DNA of 64,000 bases from Lepidodermella squamata. Lineage: Eukaryota > Animalia > Gastrotricha. The stretch spans positions 4,278,001-4,342,000 of the forward strand of contig JBLDXI010000003.1 of assembly GCA_047495785.1 (NCBI GenBank), given 5' to 3'. Shown here in pieces: positions 23,354 through 35,500 of the stretch; the stretch's first letter is position 1; each line of letters opens with the position of its first letter. The notes beneath the pieces were generated by a model. That model ran no database searches. It was not told the origin of the DNA and saw only the letters and a program-made list of their open reading frames with translations. The translations under genes and the position numbers were made by a program.

Positions 23354-25030
23354 ATGCTCTCACGGTACAATCTATTTTACCGCGGCAGCATGGCGCTGAA
23401 TGTCGCTCGGATCTATCATAAAGAACCTAGCAGGATACATGTCGTCGCAGTGGATTTTACTGACAAGGCATCCGTAGATCATTTTCTTCACCGTTTATCT
23501 GAGGACGAACGAAAAAGCTTATCATCTTCTTTAACGATTCAAGAAGTCTTGAAAAGTAAACCCTTTGACACATAATCAAATGCAAAATTGCAATGTTGTT
23601 TAAATTTTATTTCAGACAAGTCGCTTCCTGTAGAATCACTAAAATTTAGAGCTCTGTGTTTAGGTGAGTTTTTGAGCTTCCTTGTATCAAAACGGGTTAT
23701 AAAGTGTCTCTCTATTGGTTGGAGTTCTCTGTATGTACTAACTGTAATTGTCAATATTAAACGTTGGCTATTATTCGAAGATTTTGAAGAGCTGGACTTT
23801 TTCCATCGACGTGAAATAAACACTTCTCAAATGCAACTTCATTGCTCGGTCATAGCTGAAATTTTTGGAAGACGTTGATGCGAGCAATCTTCAAGCAGAA
23901 ATACGATTTTGAAATTTGTTAATGAATTATTTCATCGATTAAACGTCATTGTAGATTGTCGTTGGTGAAGCAGTATCACTTCTGTGCTTCGATCGCTGGC
24001 TTTTACTGCCATAAAAGCACACTTTGTAACGACCATGTAGATTGCTGAATCTGCCGAAATTATTTTAATTTTTCAGTTGCAATACTATCAATAACTAGAG
24101 TCAAATAAGCTTGGAAAGTATAGTGCAAGAGCTCATCACCTGTAATTATTTCATGGAAATGTAACAAGCTCATAAACTTTGCTTTGAATCAAGTTGCTAT
24201 CAAAGCGCTTGAGATCTGTTGGGAAGAGGAAGGTAAATTTGCCCTTGAACATGGCGATATTGTAATTAACCTTTAAGCAACTTCGAATTTCCGACTACTT
24301 GAATGACTCTGATATGGCTTGTATAGGTGGAATATTATGTGCGAAAATATCATTTTTCTCGACAGCACAGTTGCTACACTCGAACGTAATCATCGATTTT
24401 AGATAATCCACTCTGTTCTCTTTTTAGTCGCAGTTTCGAATGGCCTGCCATTTATTGGCTTTGGATTTCTCGACAACAGCTTGATGATTCTTGCGGTAAG
24501 AAATTTCAACATATTCGGGTAGCAAATATGAAAATATACTTTGACCTAGGGAGAATCTATTGAGAACACGTGGGGCGCTGTAATGGGCATTTCTACAATG
24601 GCTGGTAACATGATTTGTGTTATTATCGCTGTTCATAAGGTATAACTTTCATGCTATCAGCTGCTGCTCTCGGCAACTGGGTGTCTGACATTGTGGGGAT
24701 GGGGTACGCAGATCCTGGGAGATTCGATGCTGTTATAACTCAGTTTCTTTTACAGAACTGCTGGCTATGTTGAGGCTGTGTGTTATAAAATTGGTATTCG
24801 GCCACCTGACATGTCAGCTGAGCAGATGGACAAATTCTCCACTCGCTTTTCGGCCGTTCTGGTATGTATTACGCTTGACTGCTTGTTTTTGAACAGCATT
24901 TTATCACGCTGTTTATTTACAGGGAAGGTGCATCGGTATTACAATCGGTTGCTTCCTTGGAATGTTTCCGTTATTGTTCTTCGACAAGCGTAGCAAGGAA
25001 GAAAAGCAAAAGAAAGAACCAGCTGCGTGA
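23354..25030 (+). CDS. TMEM65: Transmembrane protein 65 (mitochondrial), about 7 coding exons
   Basis: Spliced exons give GLPFIGFGFLDNSLMILAGESIE...ISTMAAAALGNWVSD...GYVEA...GRCIGITIGCFLGMFPL, the TMEM65 signature; stop TGA 25028-25030. Confidence 0.9.
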
Positions 25031-25342
25031 TATCTGTCAGCCTCTTTTATCGAGTCAATAATGTGCAAATTAAAAGCATCGAATTTTTCTACATTAAATA
25101 CTCCTCGTTAGTATCTGCAGACTTTCCTAGTTATAGAAAACTATCCGCTATTTGGTTGACTGCCTGTTCTAATTATTTTATGCTTTAACAAAAAAGGTGA
25201 TATCTGATACGACCTACTACGTTCTGAACATGGATAATAAAAGAATAAAAACGGTGCTGAATCATCGAGTGTTTTTTTTACACTGCTGCCATGTGCTGTG
25301 CCACGTGCCTTTCAATGCGTGTTGCTACCATGCGGCACTGCG

Positions 25343-25709
25343 TATATAAAGAAGTAGAATAATCATTCTGTGTATGGTTTCGCCAGGTCTTCTAGCCTTT
25401 TTCCTGATTTTCTTTTTGAAAGCTGATTTTTTTCTGCAACCGGCGCGTTGTATGAGGTAAGATAGTTTTTATGATAGTTATCCCACCTCCCAACTTCCTG
25501 ATGAACCAAATCAACAGTCTGTCAATCATATGATTTACTCGTGATTTTACCCGTTGATCTGAATTAGCATCGAATTCATGATGAATTATTATTGCTATTT
25601 GAAGTGACTAATTGTTCTTCTCATTTTCCAGGTCAACTGCACGCGGCCCACATCCTGCTTTGTGATAAATGTGTAACAATTGATTAAAACATGATGTTCC
25701 TCGAATAAA
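25343..25709 (+). ncRNA. Small two-exon non-coding snoRNA host gene
   Basis: TATATAAAG at 25343, pyrimidine-rich exon, strong intron 25457(GTAAGA)-25631(TTTCCAG), AATAAA at 25704; the spliced product offers only a 16-codon ORF. Confidence 0.6.
25495..25566 (+). ncRNA. Box C/D snoRNA, SNORD110-like (18S Um at GGAUUGACAGA)
   Basis: Box C TGATGA 25499-25504, guide CAGTCTGTCAATC then D' ATGA 25530-25533, C' GTGATTT 25541, guide TTACCCGTTGA then D CTGA 25559-25562; about 69 nt upstream of the 3' splice site. Confidence 0.8.
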
Positions 25710-26239
25710 TAACTTATATTTTACTGGACTGTTTTTTTTGGTTGTGCCGCAGCAACAAAAGAGAAATAATCAATAACCAAGTTGACAAATATTTCATGGA
25801 ATAATGTTTCGGAACCACTTCCCTCATTTACAATAATATGTTTTCACAACTGAAACCAAGGGCGACAGCCCATTAGCGCCATACGTAAATATTAGCAACA
25901 TCATTTCACAGAATACAGTGGACCTCTCGTGTTTATGCCAACTGATAGTCAAAGTGGCAATTGTGTACTGAACATAAAACACTTATTTAACGCATCCAAA
26001 TGCAACATTTAGACACTGAATGACAGGTGTAGCTGAACACTACTAAATAGGAAGCTCATCTAAACAGCTAAATTATCCAAAAAGACTAACATTTGGTTTG
26101 ACATGCGACCGTAAGTAACCATTTAATACGATAAGTAATGTTAAATTGTCATCATTTTATAGATAAACACGCACCGATTTATCATTACTTGTTTTACATT
26201 AACAGATCACGTCTTTTTGCACAACATTACATACAGTTT

Positions 26240-27571
26240 TTATTTGGCCTTCTTTGATTTGAGATTATCAGAACTGGCAGGCTCAACCTTTTCATCAGTC
26301 TTCTCCTCAGCTTTTTCATCCGCTGGATGGTCCAGGTAGCCCATCAACAAGCCGATCTCGCCGCGAATTAAGGCAAGGACCATCGGGGTACCGAGGCACG
26401 CCGGAACGAGGTAAAGCAATGCCGGTTGAGCGTGTTTGAAGATCTGGAGTACAGCCACGGTGACAAGGAGACCGATGACGTAGGCGACAATCGTTGCGTA
26501 GAAGTAAACAGGGGTCTTGCCAGGCCGCTGTTTGGCATCGGCGCGCAGCATTAGAGCGATGAGAAGACCGGGAAGAACGATCTAAAATAGAAAAAGCCAT
26601 TAAATTGTAATAAAACCAACAAGAATTGGACACGTACATCGCCGAGGCCGAGCATAGCGAAATTATTGGCAGAAATACCGTTCGAGATGAGATCTTGAGG
26701 AAAGACCACTACATTTGAAGAGAACAAGTTGATTGGGTTGCATAAAGAAAAGAACAGGCATCTTACACTTAATAGGCGCTTCAAAGGTTTTAGCAACCGT
26801 GACCATCACGTCAGTGAAAAATACCCAGAAGATGTCGTAGATGAAAAGACCGCCGAGCAACAAAATTCCAATGGATAGCGAGTTGATGTGAATTACTTCA
26901 ACACCAGTGACAGAGAAAACAAGTCCGAAAATATTGTTAGCAATCCAATGCTTTTTGACTAGATACCAGGCACCTAGGGCAGCACACGGGACCAGACCCA
27001 AAACCTGGCGACCAGTGAAGGACTCGTTGATCCAGTAGCGCACCGAATTAGATTCAGTGCTGTTTTCGCGATTCAGACTGCTGTCAGGAGTCGACGCCCT
27101 GCTGTCTTCGACCAACGTGAGGCGGAAGTTGACGTTCAACATAGCTCGAACTCCGGCTGGAAGTGGGATCCATGCAGGAACAGGGATCATCATCAAAATT
27201 GGGGTGATTTGATGGAGAAGGGCAAAAACACCCAGTCCAGCGAAGTAGAGCGATAGCAATAAATTGACATACTCTTTCGAAAACAGTTGGAAAAAGATGT
27301 AGAGGCCACACAAGGCGCAACTGGCAATCACCGGGAACATGGCGGCGTCACGGTGGGTCATTCGCTCGATTTGCTCACCCGAGACTTCGGCATCATCACG
27401 CTGCTTCTTCAACGTGGTAACTGATTTCTTGGCTCCGAAGTAAATAGGCAAAACAGCCATGATGATCAGACCAGCGTAAGCCGTGATCACACCCTCGATG
27501 GGAGCCGGAACCTTCGCAGCGGCCTCCGTAACATTACTTGCGTTAGACACGTTTTCCACCACAGAATCCAT
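26240..27571 (-). CDS. HM13: Signal peptide peptidase (GxGD intramembrane aspartyl protease), 3 exons
   Basis: DAAMFPVIASCAL, HWIANN, YDIFWVF, LGLGD|IVLPG, QPALLYLVP, C-terminal KKAK ER-retrieval signal. Confidence 0.95.
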
Positions 27572-27791
27572 AAATTAATACGATTTAATAATCTAATGAT
27601 AGCATTTCGGATTAATTTTGTTCTAGATTTACGCCAAATGCTCATCATAATCGAATATATCACGACAAGTTTACAAATATCGCATTAATGCACAAGGCCT
27701 TGAGCCGTCACGCAACGCTAACCAGTAATAACTAGATAAATTGATTAACGACAACATTGGCCTTCATGAAGATTGACTCGTTGCGGAATGT

Positions 27792-28474
27792 TTACTTAAC
27801 TTCGAACAACTCAACCTCAAAAATCAAGGTTGAGTTAGGGGGAATGACGCCAGGGACGCCTATTTACACAAAATGAATAAAAGACCGGGCGTTCAAACTT
27901 TTCGTTATCACAAACCCTTGGCTCCATAAGCGTAGTCTGGTGAGCAGGTAAGCTTGGCTTTCTCGCCAACAGTCATCTGTTAGACAGAAGGCAATGAAAT
28001 ACATGGATCATAATTTCTATCAAAATACCTGCGCGACGCCTTCATCCCACCCGCGAATGACTTGGCCGACTCCAATCTTGAAGGAGAAGTGCTTGTTACG
28101 CGAGCGCGATGAATCGAAGACCTTTCCATTCTCGAGCTTTCCTAAGTTAAAATATTGCTTATATTTATATCAGCATCGTGCATAAATGTGTTCCTAACAA
28201 TACTGGAGAATCAAATAAAACAATATTTTGATATTATGCACATTGTTAATGACTCATTAATCGTTTTTATAACAAAGTTAGATGAACGGTTCAATTAATA
28301 AACTGATATAATATTTTATCTGCAGCAAAATACCTTCATAATGGACGACGACTGTCTGGCCGTTTTTGGGCCTGGTTTGTCCTGAAAACCAATCGAAATT
28401 AGGTAGAACAGGAAACTTTTAATTCAGGAGTGTATACCGTCACCAGGAGTGATTGTCTCAACTGTAACACCCAT
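27792..28474 (-). CDS. FKBP1A: FKBP12-type peptidyl-prolyl isomerase, downstream copy 1 (5 exons)
   Basis: [13 protein letters not shown]...[20 protein letters not shown]...[29 protein letters not shown]...[17 protein letters not shown]. Confidence 0.93.
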
Positions 28475-28652
28475 GGTCAACTTATGAAAAAAAACTAAAG
28501 AAAGCAAATTTACAAATAGATATAATTACATCAACCAAGTTTTTCAAAGTAAGACTGACGAAAAAGTTGATGAATTTCAAAAAAATTATATCCGAAACAT
28601 GATGACAGTGCATTGAAAACAACATCGCTTTAACTCAGCAAATATGTGAAAT

Positions 28653-29293
28653 TTAATAGTTGAAGCTCAAAGTCAAACCAGGATCAATATCTGTATGACG
28701 AGATAATAATGATCTCAGTTGCGGAACGTTTAACGTTGGTGAGTTATTTTGCGGCGTTACCCTTTATTTCAATGAGTTCAACGTCGAATATTAACGTTGC
28801 GTTGGGAGGAATGGTGCCGGGTACACCTATGTAACGACTCAAGAATAACTTTAAAATACACTTGAATTATCGGTAGAAACCTTTTGGGCCATAGGCGTAA
28901 TCAGGTGAGCATGTTAGCACTGCTTTTTCACCAACTGACATCTGGAAATAGAAGACATAATGAAACGCTTCCCTACATCATGCATCAAAACCTGAGCAAC
29001 ACCCTCGTCCCATGCACGAATAACATCTCCCACGCCAATCTTGAATGAAAAAGGTTTCCCACGAGACCGAGAAGAGTCGAAAACTTTGCCATTCGGAAGC
29101 TTTCCTGAGAAATAAATCAGGTATACATCATGAGAAAATAATCTCATATTTCAATTACCTTCATAATGAACAACGACCGTTTGACCTTTCTTCGGAAAAC
29201 TTTTTCCTGGGCAAGATTGAAGATATACAGAATTTCGAAAAAACTTGAAAACGAACCATTTCCAAGAGTGATCTCAGAAACTTCAACTCCCAT
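28653..29293 (-). CDS. FKBP12-type isomerase, upstream copy 2, with extended C-terminus
   Basis: [13 protein letters not shown]...[32 protein letters not shown]...[17 protein letters not shown]; same four intron positions as copy 1; stop at 28653 (unspliced) or 28673 (extra intron). Confidence 0.88.
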
Positions 29294-30056
29294 TTTTACT
29301 CGACTCACAACAAATTAAGATACGGCGCTTGAAACACGTTAGAAAGTTAACATAATTATTTACAATCTTGGATTTTTTGGTTACTACATGGGTAAACTAG
29401 ACTTGGCAGAATGCAGAATTCCTCGACGAGGGTTCATTCACATAGTCTAAAAGATGAAATGAAACGTTCCGTCGATGACTTTTTATTCTCCCAGTGGAAT
29501 AACTCTAGTCATATCATATCAACACTATATTGCATTCAGCATAAGTAATCGCAAAGCCCGTAGTTTGCCGTGCGCTTTGCGCCTTGTCCTCCAGACATCA
29601 GATCCCTCAGCCGTAGCGATGACGCTGCATTCAACTGCGACCATCACTAACGCGCGGACCCACCCGCGCATTTGGTGTGAAGATCACAACGTTACTTTTT
29701 TCAATTTATCAAAATTTTCATATAAACCCATTTTCGCATATATATTACTGCCTAGGTAAAATTTTCGTAGATTTCTATGTCATAATAAGTGTCACGTTCG
29801 AAAAACACGCGCAAATCAATCATCGCGCACTTCGATGGTCAACGTCGATCTGGAGGACACCTGACGACCCCGAGACCAGATGGCTGGTCGAACTCGCACG
29901 AGATCTCGGCCTGCATGATTGCGCCTATGGTCAAAAAGTTGATAACGTCCCCCCGACTCGCATTTTAATAATTAATACGGTTCTGGCGGTCTCAAGCCAC
30001 ATGGCATGAAATGAAATTAGATTTTCTCTATTTTAGGTCTAATGACTCCAAGGAGC

Positions 30057-30238
30057 CAGGGGCGTAACTAAGGGGGGGGGGGGGGCCAGGGCCCACCAGG
30101 CCCACCACCGGCCCCACCAGCTGGAAGAATCTACTCGGGGTACCACAGGGGGGACCCTTTGGTCTGAAAGATTCGGGGCCGAAAATACGTGGAAAAGATG
30201 TGCTGGCCCCCAGATTGGAAGACCTAGTTACGCCACTG
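30057..30238. mobile_element. Non-autonomous hAT-type MITE (182 bp)
   Basis: TIRs CAGGGGCGTAACTA / TAGTTACGCCACTG (13 of 14 match); perfect 8-bp target-site duplication CAAGGAGC at 30049-30056 and 30239-30246; internal poly-G run. Confidence 0.92.
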
Positions 30239-31618
30239 CAAGGAGCCCATCATTCGATTGAGCATCAGTCGACCCAACGTAAAGCTGCTACAGCCATCAA
30301 ACCGTTTGACAATATAGCGTAATGGAAACTTTCAGCTTCATTTACTCCTTAGCGGGAAAAGATGTAGGCCTCTTACTTTGCAAGTTTGTTAGGAGTGATG
30401 AGAGCAATCGAATGACGTAATTCACGTGACACCAAGTGTTACATAACCCCTTGGAGTACTGTCATGAAATTTGTGACACTTTTGACACCTCGCCTTTTGG
30501 CAAGGTTTTACTCCACGGGGTTATTTGACTTGATTGATGTTGAAGAGGGCAGTTTGTCTTCAATGATGTCGCCGATGATGGGCGCTCAGGGTGGTCTTGA
30601 ACTGTCTCAAGCTTCTCAAGGCGATTCACCGATCCCGCCGCTCGAAACCCAGGTTGACACGGTACCCAGAGCCCAGGAAGTTGACACGCCACCGCCAGCC
30701 CGGCCACCCCGCGCTCTTAAATTTAGCACGGCAATTGTTGCCGTTACAGGGCGTAACAGCTCGAAAAACGTAAAATTTTCCATAACAGAGTAACGGTTAC
30801 GCAAAAGAAAGAAGATTATCTTGCCTATCTCAAACAGCTGGACAAGTATCTTGAACGACAGGTATACACGTTACTAGCCAGGTCAGCTGCTGTCGAGCCG
30901 TTCGAGACGAAAGCGATGCAGCGTCACAAGGCTGAACTGTCATCGGATACTGCCATTCGATGGTATTCTTTCGCGGATCTTACGAATTTGTCTTTTCAAG
31001 CTAGCAGCATCAGCTTTTTTCCTCTCAGTTTCACAGTCTTAATCAGTTTCTCGCCAAAAGCCGCCACGATGTGAGAAGTCGTAACGGCGTTCGTGTCGAA
31101 GTTTGTCAGGACGATTCGATCTGACTATTATAACGATTCGAAGGACGATACATTTGACTGCATTTATGCCAAGGCCATCTTTGAAGCAACCCACGACATC
31201 TTTGATTTTAGTTCCTGTTTAAGCGATTCACGTCCGATCGCTTCCACCAACCCGACCGCACGACCAGACCATGCTCACAATAGTCGGACTTGACAAGGGC
31301 TTCCCCGAAGTTAATGAGATCGCAAAAAAGTTGTAATGAACGAGAACGACCGCCAATTTTGTTCCTGATTCCTAATTTTAAGCTCTATTATATTAATTAC
31401 TTTACAATAATTCCTCGTTATTGGGCAAAACTGAGATATTAATTAAAATCGCTGCTCGAGTTGGAAATAAGCGTCAGCGAGAAATACCCTCTGATTGGAA
31501 TTCAAATGTTGACATTGAAATAGATGCGGACAGAAACCAGAGCCCGTAGCTTGGCCAGAGAAGGCAGCCGAAAACCAGCGGTATTCCCGGCAGACGTTTC
31601 AGTTACCATTTCTTGAAT

Positions 31619-32566
31619 CGATCAGATCGCATCTACCTGCGCCGGTGAGAATCCTTACCTAGATTTTTGCCGCTACACCTGTCCTATAACACCGTATCAA
31701 TGTGTGTTACGTGATTCTGCCAGTCGTAACATGAATGTCCCTTCTATGATGCATCTTTTCTCCATAGCAAAAGCTGAAGTTCTGGCAGAATGCTAACGGA
31801 AGGTGCTATCGAGGTGCGGTCTTTTTCTATCGAATAGACATGGTTAATAACACGAGATAACAAAAAATGAAGTCAATCGGATGAGTGGAAGTGTATTCTG
31901 CTGGAAGCCTTTTGCCAACTTCTATGAAGTCGCGCACATCGATCGAGGATTCGCCACGAGCAAGCAAGAACAAATCTTTAGACTGCCCATTTTGGTGTGG
32001 ACATCTATTTCACATGGGATGACATGGGCAGTCAGTACATCAAATGCGGCTGCTCATGAAAAAATAATACGAGTATAGAGGAGACTGAAGTACCAAGTCC
32101 TACCAAGTCCTAATGTCTTTGTCTAAATGGCTGAATTCTACGGTTTTCATAGACGGGGAATCGATTGGTGCCATTTTTGAAGCGATCAGATCGCATCTAC
32201 CTGCCCAGGTAAGCACCCTTAGCTGGATGTTTGCCGCCACACCTGTCCAGGTGATTCTGCTAGGAAAACGACGGATTGCACCACGAGAATCAGCGTGCTA
32301 TGTTACAGTATATAACACCGTGACAATGCATGGTATGCGATTTTGCCAGTCATAACACGAATGTCCCAAAATTGATGCATCTTTTCTCCACAGAAAAAGC
32401 TGAAGTTAGCAGAAATTCTGGCAGAATGCCAATGGAAGGTGTTATCGAATTGCGGTCTTTTTCTATCAACTAGGCATGGTCCATAACACCGGATAACAAA
32501 TAATGGAGTCAATAACATCAGTGGAAGTATATTCTGCTGGAAAACCTCTGCTAACTTCAATGCAGT
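31619..32566 (+). repeat. Diverged direct duplication (about 31619-31930 and 32183-32566)
   Basis: Collinear shared blocks CGATCAGATCGCATCTACCTGC, TGATGCATCTTTTCTCCA, TCTGGCAGAATGC, TGCGGTCTTTTTCTATC, TATTCTGCTGGAA, with indels. Confidence 0.85.
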
Positions 32567-35500
32567 GGATCTGGATCGGTGGTGGGGGCACTTTTTCGAC
32601 ATGATTACCTGCGATCAGAGAATCAAGCTTTTTCTAGTTAAATATCATTTTTAGTATTAAAATACGATTTTATTATTATTTATTTTCAAATAATTTGGTC
32701 AACCGACTTTGACGTTACATCTATTCCGCGCAATCGCGCGACGATTGATTTGTTTTTAGGTTCTTGTTCGTTTTGAAGTGGGTTTTTGCCTTTCCTCAAA
32801 GTGAAAGAACCGGATGACGTAGAGCCGACCGTCGAAAATCTGTAGTATGGCGAGCTGCTTCTACTTGAGCTCATTTAACACTTCAATATGTAACCATTTC
32901 TCAAATTGGCAAACATTGCATCAAATGAGACCCGAAAAGCTTGCTTCTGCTAGACAATTAAACTAGACAATAACTGGCATCATTAAAACTGTCATAAATT
33001 TCATTCATAAAAGCATCCATCTCCTTTTCTATGTCTCGTATAAGGGTAGGCGTGTCCAACCTAACCGGAGCGGACTCATGGGAACACCACAGCCTGTGTG
33101 CGGTGATGGATGTGATCTTATAGATAACTGCTAGTTAACAACTAGATAGCAGCCGGTTACCAATTACCAGTTGAGCTATCTCTTGCATACAAGCTTTCAT
33201 AATTGACTCGCAGTTAAGTTTCGATCATAGACATAGTCAATATCGTTCTACCCCTTGGCTAAAGAGCTAAACTCGTACTTCGAACTCGACCCTTGAAATC
33301 CATGAATGCACAATGGTCATAATGGCTTACGACATGCCAGAACATGGCTACAATCTACACCACATGCCATTTTGGGGGTGAATCTTAGGGTAGGAGCAAA
33401 ACTCATTGCAACCGCCTTTCTACGTCTTGTCTCTTCGGAATATTTAAATAAGTACCTGAATACTGCATACGTGAAAATTTTCCCGGCGAGCAAAAGTGAT
33501 CTATCGAAAATCAAAACCTGGCTTGATAGCCATATTCCCCGTACTTAAAGTTTCCTACCAACCAGTTACCCTTTAAATGAATAGCCTAGTGATTCACATG
33601 CGCTACAGTTGACCTGAGGTTGCAATTTAGCCTCCTTCGCCTGAGGAAGAGAAATTTTGGCTGAGATGTTGGTATAACAAGAAAGAAGCCATGGTAAATA
33701 GTGACGGCTGCTCTACAACTTTTATCGGTCTTTTGAGGTACTTGAAGATTTGCCTTATGAAGAATTCTTGACTTTGCGTAACATTTTCACGTACACAGGA
33801 TTGAAGAAATACTTATCTCGCGCATATTAGAATATTGTTCTACTGAAACCTTTAGGGAATGACGGGAAAGAAGAAAGAATAATCTGACAGTTTCTAATAT
33901 TTGTCTTCCGACTTTTCATCAACCAGGAGCTGTACACTGTGAACTTAAATACCCCAATATCTTATATAAGTAAATTATATTGGTAAGAAGCAAATGATCA
34001 TGCTGCATACTTCATTGGTAATCCTATTGGTAAGCTGCTAATTCAGGAAGTTATTGAAATTTGTTGAAGTTCTTTTCAACAATTTATGGTATTTGCCACT
34101 AGCCACATGGTTTTTGCGGCAGAGAGCACAATTAAAACCGGTCTTTTAAACTGCCTTAAAATTAAGCTTTTTTCATTGTAAATGAGCGACATTAGGTTAA
34201 AACGCGGGAGTGCAATGTTATTAATTATAAAACTGTGACTAAGAATTGTTGTTGATCACAATTAAAAACAATTGCTCATAGCTCGTTGAGTTTCCGATGG
34301 AATTTCGACAAAAGAATTTCGCACCTAGAACCACTTTGAAAAAATGAATATGATAGACAGAAAAAGTCACTTTTGAAATATGGCATCGATAGCAATTTTA
34401 CTCGCTGCTATGACGTAATGGATATACCCAGATTAAACTCAAACGTGTCCTATTAACATAGTTTCGCGCACTGGAGCTGAAGTCCTATATTAAACCAAAG
34501 GAGAATTTTCACAATTTTATGTACACGAAAGCGATTGGTGAGCTGAGAAAATGAATAAGAACAGCTCTGTGCAATTTTACCCTTGACTGGACTAATTTTT
34601 TCTGCCTCTCTCTGTCCTTTTGGGTTTAGTTTTTCCAGACAGAATTCCGCTAAGCAGAAGAAAACATGTCTACTTATTATTTTATTTTCAATTTTTCGTG
34701 ATATTGCCTGGATGTTTGTCAGAATCCCAAACAGGAATGCCATTCACTTAACAAATTGCGGCTATAAATGGGCATTGCACATAACGAGGTAAACAGGAGA
34801 ATTGTTTTCATCCGAAGTTTTAAAATGGCGGATAACTCCTGAATTTAGAAAGCGAATGAAAGATCGCATCAACAAGCAGATTGCCCTCACCTCCAAAATC
34901 TGATTTTCATGTCGTCATTCAATCTACTTGAAGTAACGTAAGTTAGCGCAGCGTGTCCTTACTTTGCCATTAGCCTTGGGCCTCGCGGAATTTTTTTCGA
35001 CACCAAGAATGCTTAAATGCGTTTATTTGTATTAGCATGTGTGGAATAACAGCGCTGAAGTGCCCTTTCGTCTGCCTTGTCGTTTATTAATAATTTTCGT
35101 TTATGACAGTTTCGCATCATAATATTCACCATTTTATAACATATGCTCTTTCACATGAGATATTTTTGTTTTTGTTATCGTCAGCATCTTTTTTGGCTAA
35201 GAAAAAGAAAGAGAGCTGGGGTTTCAGGGCAATAATCACTTTAAAACTTGCCGTCCCATCATTCTAAGATGCAATATGTGAACGATTATGACAGATTCCC
35301 CGCACTCGAGGATCGAGCCTTTTCGTCCGGCCTTTTCAGTTACGTGTTTGAGAATCTATATACGAATACAAACAATATTAATACACAAAGGCATGCGGCA
35401 CAGCGCGCGAATCGATCGATGATATTTTTAGTCCTGTTATTTCCATTACCATGCATGCTCATCGCGAGTGTCTATGTCTAAAATCGCGTATATATATCAT

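Noticed and set aside
23845-23890. Sm-site-like AAATTTTTGGA inside a hairpin
   Set aside because: No SL, SmY or snRNA structure or leader donor recognised; T-runs are common here.
32847-32889. Possible further PKA first exon MASCFYLSSFNTSI (phase 1)
   Set aside because: Weak donor, far upstream and no supporting homology.
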